Shown here piece after piece: positions 57,750 to 64,000 of a stretch of DNA of 64,000 nt. Each line of letters begins with the position of its first letter. Position 1 is the first letter of the stretch. The notes under the pieces were generated by a model. That model was not told the DNA's origin, ran no database searches, and saw only the letters and a list, made by a program, of their open reading frames with translations. The position numbers were made by a program, and so were the translations under genes. This DNA comes from a virus: IMG/VR virus record IMGVR_UViG_3300045581_000900, positions 32,001-96,000 of that record. One strand, written 5' to 3'.

Positions 57750-58724
57750 TTACTCCTCTGCTGTAGCCGTGCGGGCCGGAGCCTTCTCGTCGTCTTTTTC
57801 AGCAGACTCGTCGTCGTCCTGCCGGGCCTTGGCCGCGGGCTTCTTTTTCTTCTTGGGGGCTCGCTCGGAGACGTACTTGCCACCAGCCCCGGCGGATTCA
57901 GCAAGGCCATATAGCTTGCCAGCAGCCAGACCAGCCAGCGGACCCATGGGCCCAGCGAGACTGCCCAGATAACTGCCCATGCCCGCCGGAAGTACCCGCT
58001 GCCGTTCATCGAGAATCTGATTGAGCTTCTTGGGGTCATTGCGATAGGCCTTTCGCAGAGAATCCTCGCTGTTAAAGTTCGCGGCGGCTTCTTGATACAG
58101 CATGATCGGCGTCAGGGCCCGCGAGAGCATGTACGCGTCCCGGGTCAGGCCGCCACCCTGCCGCTTGAGCCAGCCGGTCACGCCCTTGCCCTTGGGCACC
58201 GGGCGGGAATTAAAGTCGATGGCGTGGCCGAGTTCGTGCGTGAGCGTGGCGGGCGAATTGCCATATAAATGCGTCGTGTCGCTGAACGGATTGTAGTGCG
58301 AGCCCCGCATGGAATTCATCGTCAACGCCGTGAGCGGATACGACGCCAAGCCTAAGCCTTTGCCCAGAATGCTCGTTCTGGGGTTGCTCATGATCCGGGG
58401 AATATCCCGGGTGAGTCGCGTGCCGCCCAAGACCACGGTATGGTTCTTCAGTTCCTGCGGATTGGCCCGCTCCATGTCTTGGGCAAGCTGCTGGAGAGCC
58501 ATCGCCCGGCGGTCCTTCTTGCTGATCTCCGCCTCGTTCCAGCCGCCCGTGGCACCCTCCCAGTCCGTCGGGTTCACGTGGCTCTTGAGTGTTAAGAGCG
58601 GCAGGCCCGAGAGCACGCCGCCCGCTTGGCCGACCGTCGAGGCCAACGCCCGGCTGGGCAGCCCCGCTCGTTCAACGTTGATAGCCTGCTTGACCAGCTT
58701 TCCAAACGCGACAGCGTGCGACAT
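57750..58724 (-). CDS. Zn-metallopeptidase-like (HExxH...E) cargo protein
   Basis: MSHAVAFGKLVKQA leader; THELGHA...QEAAA. Confidence 0.65.
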   Translation of the reverse strand: MSHAVAFGKLVKQAINVERAGLPSRALASTVGQAGGVLSGLPLLTLKSHVNPTDWEGATGGWNEAEISKKDRRAMALQQLAQDMERANPQELKNHTVVLGGTRLTRDIPRIMSNPRTSILGKGLGLASYPLTALTMNSMRGSHYNPFSDTTHLYGNSPATLTHELGHAIDFNSRPVPKGKGVTGWLKRQGGGLTRDAYMLSRALTPIMLYQEAAANFNSEDSLRKAYRNDPKKLNQILDERQRVLPAGMGSYLGSLAGPMGPLAGLAAGKLYGLAESAGAGGKYVSERAPKKKKKPAAKARQDDDESAEKDDEKAPARTATAEE

Positions 58725-58762
58725 GACAATGATCCTTGCTGGAGAAAAAGACAGTTATTTAT

Positions 58763-60595
58763 TTATTCAGTGGGCAGCCGCAGCGGGCCCATCTTGTGCA
58801 TCCGTTCGGCGAGCCGTTTGAGTTCCTTGGAGCTATAGCCGACGCCCGAGCTTCGCATGGCGGCCTCGTAGTCGTCCGCGGTGCCCTCTTCGGGCACGCT
58901 GGCCAACGCGTGAGCCGCCGCCGTGGGCCGGTCCTTGAACCCGTCGCCGATCCACTTGTACAGGCTGCGGGTCTCTTTATTCGCTTGGCGGCCACTGGGC
59001 CGGCCCCAGTCAGTCTCGATGTACGGGAACGGGGCCAGACCAATAGCCGTGCCACCGATCGGGCCGCCGAGGCGTAACGCGATATCAGGCGTCGGAACCA
59101 CGCCGCCTAAATATCTGTATCCCACTTGGGGATTGAGGCCCCATTCGCCGAGTTGCCACTTCTGGCCGCCCCAGCTTGGCGAGAGATTTAACACCCGCTT
59201 GGCAGCTTCTTTGCCGAAGCTTTCCGCGGCACTGCACTTGCAGTTCCACTTGCGTAACGCCTTGTTAATCCGGGAGTCGGGGTCCTTCTTGGTCTTGCTG
59301 CCCGTGTTCACCCGCTTCATGCCGCACATCCGTGAGCAGAACGAATTCTGGCGTTTATCGCGTTCGCCCGTGGGGTTCTTTTCGGTCACCGGAGCCTTGA
59401 GATTGCCGCCGGTTTCGCGGTTGTAGCTCGCCCGGCCTTTGGCGTTTAAGCCGCCCTCGTCGTTCTTGCCGGCAGCCCGTTGCCATGCTGGCGTGCTGGC
59501 CCATTTCACCACGGCACTTTTCACGCGTTCTTCGGCCAGAATATCGAGCATAGTATCGGGCTCAACGTGGTCCATGCCCATGAGCCAACCCTGAATGGGA
59601 TCACCGCTGCTGCTGGACTTGAAATGCGTATTTAAACGGTCATAATCCGGCTGAAAATCCTGCACGGGATACTCGCTGTCGTCGTAGTCGCCCTGTGTAT
59701 AGTTGCGGTAGCCCGCCCGCAGAGCTTTCGACAAGAGCGAGCCGGCCAACATACCGCCAGCCAGCGGACCAAACGGCAAATGCACAGTATTCGCCGGCGG
59801 CTTTTTCTTCTTGGCCGTGGTTTTCGCCGCCGAAATCTTGGTGTTCACGGTATTGGGTGCCGACAGGCTGGCATTGCCGTTGATAATTCCGCTCATAGAT
59901 AACCCCGAATGAAATTTAATTGGGTCCGTGGTCGCCGAGGACTGGCCGGCACCTACGGGTGTCGGATTCGCTGGCTGGGATTGTTGTTTTTGCTGCGATT
60001 GTGCTGGCTGGGCAGGGGCTTGAGCCTGCTGCATCCCCATTGGGAGTGGTATCTGCGGCGTGGCGACGGGGTACTGTTTTAAACCTTGGTTTTTTCCCAC
60101 GCGGACGGGAACGCGGCCCTCCCGTTCAGCATTCATGTTCTCCATGGTCTGTTCAATCGCTGGAGATAACACCACGGAAAGCTTCTGTAGCAGCGTGTTT
60201 ATGGCATTTTCGCCCTGACCTTCGTCGATATTCTTGCCCGTATCTATGCTGCTGGAAATCAGCCCCTTTTCTCGCTCTTCTCCGGCATACACTGGCTTTT
60301 CACTCTGCGGCATGTCGACTTTTTCCTGTTTGGAGTCGGCTGTTTTCGCGTTTTGGGCCGGATCGGGGTCTAAAATAGAAGGCACGGTAAAGTTAACACT
60401 GTCCGTAAATCGACGAATTAAACCCGAAATGTTAATTTGGGCTGTTTTCTCCGCGGGCTGGGTTGTATCGTTTTTATCACTGGCGTACATGGGCAAATCC
60501 TTATTGGACTTGGGATATTTATGGGCCCAGCGTTTGGCGATATCAGGGTGTTCGGCCCAGAGAAAGCGGCGTTGTTTCTCAGATTTAAACGGCAT
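58763..60595 (-). CDS. Multimodule polyprotein including a DUF6321-like module
   Basis: MPFKSEKQRRFL module; AWQR..GKN..GGLNAKGRASYN...SFCSRM...ALRKWNC module bounded by KWA/KCS. Confidence 0.7.
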   Translation of the reverse strand: MPFKSEKQRRFLWAEHPDIAKRWAHKYPKSNKDLPMYASDKNDTTQPAEKTAQINISGLIRRFTDSVNFTVPSILDPDPAQNAKTADSKQEKVDMPQSEKPVYAGEEREKGLISSSIDTGKNIDEGQGENAINTLLQKLSVVLSPAIEQTMENMNAEREGRVPVRVGKNQGLKQYPVATPQIPLPMGMQQAQAPAQPAQSQQKQQSQPANPTPVGAGQSSATTDPIKFHSGLSMSGIINGNASLSAPNTVNTKISAAKTTAKKKKPPANTVHLPFGPLAGGMLAGSLLSKALRAGYRNYTQGDYDDSEYPVQDFQPDYDRLNTHFKSSSSGDPIQGWLMGMDHVEPDTMLDILAEERVKSAVVKWASTPAWQRAAGKNDEGGLNAKGRASYNRETGGNLKAPVTEKNPTGERDKRQNSFCSRMCGMKRVNTGSKTKKDPDSRINKALRKWNCKCSAAESFGKEAAKRVLNLSPSWGGQKWQLGEWGLNPQVGYRYLGGVVPTPDIALRLGGPIGGTAIGLAPFPYIETDWGRPSGRQANKETRSLYKWIGDGFKDRPTAAAHALASVPEEGTADDYEAAMRSSGVGYSSKELKRLAERMHKMGPLRLPTE

Positions 60596-60665
60596 AGCGG
60601 ATTTGGTTCCCAAGCTGAATGTGCCTTATATCTTCGCAAATGAGGTGCCGGGGGTAAAGGGCTCT

Positions 60666-60704
60666 GATAGCTAAAAAAAGCCGCCTAGGTGTTAAGTAGG
60701 CGGC
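60666..60704 (-). terminator. Intrinsic terminator with T7-AGCTATC tail
   Basis: GCCGCCTA-loop-TAGGCGGC, T7, AGCTATC. Confidence 0.8.
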
Positions 60705-60726
60705 GAGAAACTAGCAGATGTTACAT

Positions 60727-60939
60727 TCAAACGGAACAAAGCCGTTGAACCCGGTGAGCGTCATACCAGCCGGCGTTCGGGAGTGGGGTAAGTGTCGGTC
60801 CTGTGATGCTTTCCGGTTTGAACATGACCAAATAAGATGGGGCGGCCCAGCGGCTCCCGGGATAAATATCAATAACCGTACCCCGCATCTTTTCATCGTC
60901 ATCGAACGTAACAACAACACGATCGTTTTTCTTAATCAT
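60727..60939 (-). CDS. Small SH3/KOW-like hypothetical protein
   Basis: KNDRVVV...GTVI pattern. Confidence 0.55.
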   Translation of the reverse strand: MIKKNDRVVVTFDDDEKMRGTVIDIYPGSRWAAPSYLVMFKPESITGPTLTPLPNAGWYDAHRVQRLCSV

Positions 60940-60966
60940 GACGTGTAGCTCCAGAGGGTGAAAAAA

Positions 60967-61284
60967 TCAGCAGATGCCGGGGATGTGAATTCCGGCCTTG
61001 GACGCGGCGTCACGGTGCTGGCGGAAAACACGCTGCCAGTACCGGTAGTCGTCAACCGCCCTTTTTTGACTGGCCGGCGAGTAGTCTTCCCCGAGTTCAG
61101 GCGTCCACTCGTACGACAAGGCAAGTTCCATTCTGGCCTCGGCGAGGTCATACTGCTTCTTCAGGTCGATGACGTTCTGCTTGAGAATCTGGTTGTGCTC
61201 CATTTTGTTGGCAATGAACTTGAGCACGACCAAGGCGATCACGAACACCAGCATGACGATCAGGAAAAACTGTTCGGCGGTCAT
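60967..61284 (-). CDS. Membrane-anchored hypothetical protein
   Basis: N-terminal TM; AGGAG RBS; downstream of the promoter motif. Confidence 0.7.
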   Translation of the reverse strand: MTAEQFFLIVMLVFVIALVVLKFIANKMEHNQILKQNVIDLKKQYDLAEARMELALSYEWTPELGEDYSPASQKRAVDDYRYWQRVFRQHRDAASKAGIHIPGIC

Positions 61285-61326
61285 GTATATGACTCCTAGA
61301 GTGAATGGTTACAGGTCCCTTATTTG

Positions 61327-61354
61327 ATATGCCCGGATTATGTTGGTTATTTAG
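61327..61354 (-). promoter_or_regulatory. Phage promoter-like motif CTAAATAA-N13-GGCATAT
   Basis: Exact consensus. Confidence 0.75.
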
Positions 61355-61363
61355 CCGGACGCC

Positions 61364-61627
61364 GATAGCTAAAAAAAGGGGCGAGTTGTTGAGTTAGGCA
61401 GGCACTACAGCCTGTTTCTCCTCTCACTCACTCCCCTTTACTGCGGTTGACGTACGCAGCTTTACGGGCAATACCCTATGGCTTTCGCCCAAGGGTTCGG
61501 GACCACCTTGCTTTTTTGGCCGTCTTACGGGCTGTCCATCGGATATTACGTCCGGGGACCAACTGAGGGATAAGCAGAACCTCGCCAGAAACCAAGAAAC
61601 ATTAAACCAACATTATCGGGTACAGCA
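61364..61627 (-). ncRNA. Candidate structured RNA (~250 nt) ending in a terminator with T7-AGCTATC tail
   Basis: ORF-free; GGC-GAAA-GCC and other hairpins; long terminal stem ~61375-61439. Confidence 0.4.
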
Positions 61628-62071
61628 TCAGAGGCTGTACCACTTACCGGCACCGGGCAGACCAATAAAGGTCTTCTGCTCGCCGTCACGGGTCGTCCAC
61701 GTGGCAGTGGAATACACAACGCCCGGACGGACTTTCACGTCAGCCAGCCCCGTCTCGATCGCGATGTAGACGGCGTTCCGCTGGAAGAACGTCGCCTCTG
61801 GATTCACGTCGATGTTCGCGTACTCGAACGTCTGCGGCGGAGGGACCACTGCAGCCGTTCCGCACGCCACCAGCACGAAGGCCACCAGCGGGGCCGCGAT
61901 TCCGCAGGTGATCCGGGTCGCGAGGTAGGCCCAGTAGGATTCCGGGGCCACCTTGTCGACAATCCGGTAGAGCACCGTGGCGAACACGAAGTCGCAGGCA
62001 ATCATCAGCAGGAACATGATCAGGGCAGCGGTCAGGATTGCAAACGTCGTCATTGGTTTTGTCCTCTTCAT
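61628..62071 (-). CDS. Membrane protein
   Basis: Two TM segments. Confidence 0.65.
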   Translation of the reverse strand: MKRTKPMTTFAILTAALIMFLLMIACDFVFATVLYRIVDKVAPESYWAYLATRITCGIAAPLVAFVLVACGTAAVVPPPQTFEYANIDVNPEATFFQRNAVYIAIETGLADVKVRPGVVYSTATWTTRDGEQKTFIGLPGAGKWYSL

Positions 62072-62120
62072 AAAAGTATCGAAACCATCAACACCCAGCC
62101 GAACACACGTCGGCGGGGAA

Positions 62121-62181
62121 AGTCCGTGTGCAGGATTCGAACCTGCTCGGCACCTTGGGCAAGTGCTTTCCTTTCACGGAC
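62121..62181 (-). other. tRNA-like element lacking a D-arm
   Basis: GTCCGTG/CACGGAC acceptor; GCACT-TGCCCAA-GGTGC arm; GCAGG-TTCGAAT-CCTGC T-arm. Confidence 0.6.
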
Positions 62182-62189
62182 GGCTTTGG

Positions 62190-62435
62190 TCAGCCGGAGA
62201 CGGGCTCCGCGATGACCGTGCCGTTGGACAGCGTGGCGTGCTGGTAGCGGCGGCGGGTCACGCCGTGCTCCCAGTCGAACCACGCCAGAGCACCCGTGTC
62301 ATTGCCGACAAACTCGGCGAACGACTCCCGGACCGCGGCGAGACCGCGACCGGTGCCCACGACCTTGACGGTCTCGGCCAGCAGGCTATCGAACTGGGCG
62401 GCCTGCTCACGGGTAAAGGTGGTGTTGTTCTGCAT
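62190..62435 (-). CDS. Hypothetical protein
   Basis: Start MQNNTT with GGAG RBS. Confidence 0.6.
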   Translation of the reverse strand: MQNNTTFTREQAAQFDSLLAETVKVVGTGRGLAAVRESFAEFVGNDTGALAWFDWEHGVTRRRYQHATLSNGTVIAEPVSG

Positions 62436-62537
62436 GATAGAATCACTCCACAGCGACACAATTGAGTTAAAGTTCAACAGCCCTGTCGAACCCCGGGCAG
62501 GGCACTACGTCGCGAATAGTATTCCCCTGCTTATTAG

Positions 62538-62565
62538 ATATGCCGTGGTTTTGCTGTTTATTTAG
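62538..62565 (-). promoter_or_regulatory. Phage promoter-like motif CTAAATAA-N13-GGCATAT
   Basis: Exact consensus. Confidence 0.75.
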
Positions 62566-62586
62566 CTATTGGCGGGCAGGGGTTTT

Positions 62587-62616
62587 GATAGCTAAAAAAA
62601 AAGCCCCGAAGGGCTT
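62587..62616 (-). terminator. Intrinsic terminator with T9-AGCTATC tail
   Basis: AAGCCC-TTCG-GGGCTT, T-run, AGCTATC. Confidence 0.8.
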
Positions 62617-62626
62617 CGGCTGGGGA

Positions 62627-62947
62627 CTAGCCGCGGGACAACCCACGGCAGCCGACGACGTTGCCAGCGTCGTCGCGGACGAGTTCCCCGGGGGCGAACA
62701 CATCGTCCCGGTCGCTGCAACGAGCGGCGACCATCCCCGACACAACATAAACTGTTCCCCGCTTCGGGGCCGGAAGCCCCTCGACCTCGCCAAAGGAGGT
62801 CATCGACGTGGGAATGCCGTCGACCTCGGGCCCGGCGGCCCGAGTGGTGGCGACGCGAGCCACCGTCCCCGACTTTGCAATGACGCGAACGTCACCAGCG
62901 GGGAGCACGATCTTGATGTCGTGCGGCGTCAAATTCGTAATCGTCAT
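62627..62947 (-). CDS. Conserved-looking phage hypothetical protein
   Basis: NLTPHDI...GLPAP..GTVYVVS...VRDDAGNVVGC; GGAGG RBS. Confidence 0.7.
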   Translation of the reverse strand: MTITNLTPHDIKIVLPAGDVRVIAKSGTVARVATTRAAGPEVDGIPTSMTSFGEVEGLPAPKRGTVYVVSGMVAARCSDRDDVFAPGELVRDDAGNVVGCRGLSRG

Positions 62948-63052
62948 ATAAACCTCCAAAAAGAAACACGCAACGTAAACACGGACGTTGCACCCGTTTG
63001 CTCCCTGATGAGTGACGTGCTTGAGAGCACCAGCCCGGAAGTAAGCTTTCGC

Positions 63053-63211
63053 CTAAATCACATCCCAGCCGTTGAGCCGGATGTGCACCGTATCCAGCTT
63101 CTTGGCCAGCCGGCGGTTCAGCCGGTGGTTCAGCCGCTTGAGGAACTTGCGGCTCTTGGCCACACGGCGGGTCTGGCAGCGAAGGCTCCAACCGCGATTC
63201 CAATCGGTCAT
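63053..63211 (-). CDS. Small basic protein
   Basis: 52 aa, Arg/Lys-rich, GGAGG RBS. Confidence 0.55.
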   Translation of the reverse strand: MTDWNRGWSLRCQTRRVAKSRKFLKRLNHRLNRRLAKKLDTVHIRLNGWDVI

Positions 63212-63325
63212 ACATACCTCCGTTAAAACAACAAAAGAACGCAACCAATCACCGCTGGTTGCATACGGGTGCACACAGTGAGTCACGTGCTCGTGTGCTC
63301 CAAGCCCGGTGTAGGTTCGCAAGAC

Positions 63326-63622
63326 CTACGGGGAGTCGCTGAGGCACGGCTCGACAATCCCACCGTGTTTTTCAATCACGGCTTCGACGACCTCGACCGG
63401 CACGTATCCGTAGACCGTACCAGTGGCGTCGTCAGGATTCTCGGCGTACTCCATGAACTCTCCGACCCGTCGCGAGGGAAAGCCGATTTCGACGGCGATC
63501 CATGGCCCGACGCTATCCCGCGGCGTGCAGTAGTGCGTGACGCTCGCCTGTACGGAGAGCGTCAGCCCGTCGGCACACTCGATGGGAAGCACCTGCCGAA
63601 AACGGTTCTTGGGCTCATCCAA
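63326..63622 (-). CDS. Conserved-looking phage hypothetical protein
   Basis: CADG.TLSVQAS..HYCTPR...VEIGFPS...VYGYVP. Confidence 0.7.
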   Translation of the reverse strand: MDEPKNRFRQVLPIECADGLTLSVQASVTHYCTPRDSVGPWIAVEIGFPSRRVGEFMEYAENPDDATGTVYGYVPVEVVEAVIEKHGGIVEPCLSDSP

Positions 63623-63760
63623 CTGGAAAGCCTTGAACTCTTCTCGGAGGTTTGCGGGGTCAAGCAGGTAGGCGTTGAGGTTAAACGCTATGGCCTGATC
63701 CTTCGAAGATGGCAGTCATACAACACAGGTGCCCGATGACTGCAAACCGGGGCACAGAGA

Positions 63761-63788
63761 ATATGCCACGGTATTGTTGTTTATTTAG
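63761..63788 (-). promoter_or_regulatory. Phage promoter-like motif CTAAATAA-N13-GGCATAT
   Basis: Exact consensus. Confidence 0.75.
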
Positions 63789-64000
63789 CTGGCGACCGAC
63801 GGGCTTAGGGCACCGTGAGTGACACCAGATTCCCCGACGGTTCCGGCCCGCTGGATAAGCTAGACCATACAGATGCGGGCGGTTGTTCCGGCGGCGTGGC
63901 GGCGGTGGTGGCAAACTGGTTTGTCCAGAAATGAATTTGGGCGTCAGGCGTGTACGTGGGCAGAGCCCCGAGATTTTTTCCGATATACCACGCGTCCGAC

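Noticed and set aside
63005-63050. CTGATGA hammerhead-like core on the + strand
   Set aside because: No stem II followed by GAAA, and it is on the non-transcribed strand

Overview
64 kb of a large (jumbo-type) tailed phage genome, ~58% GC by eye, with essentially all real genes on the minus strand. Most + strand ORFs in the track are antisense shadows, including the 769-aa ORF at 28-2337, which mirrors a tail-sheath-like gene running off the left edge. The window holds: a head/neck/tail module (prohead protease, scaffold-like protein, major capsid protein, neck, tail terminator, sheath); a phage multisubunit RNA polymerase (beta fused to N-terminal beta', plus a separate C-terminal beta'); many Gly-rich putative virion cargo proteins; a protease/holin-like cluster; an actin-like ATPase; a MoxR/vWA pair; a tRNA-Asn; and accessory genes. 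Notable patterns read from the sequence: (1) cargo polyproteins whose domain boundaries fall on K-x-A motifs, often with an N-terminal 'FG..KxA' tag; (2) ribosome-binding sites of key genes folded into stem-variable hairpins with ANGGAN hexaloops (CsrA/RsmA-type); (3) six copies of a fixed-spacing promoter-like motif CTAAATAR-N13-GGYATAT and six terminators with a conserved T-run-AGCTAT tail that delimit gene cassettes; (4) three ORF-free structured regions (about 600, 230 and 250 nt) that look like ncRNAs, and a D-armless tRNA-like element. Family assignments come from motif recognition only; no database search was run.
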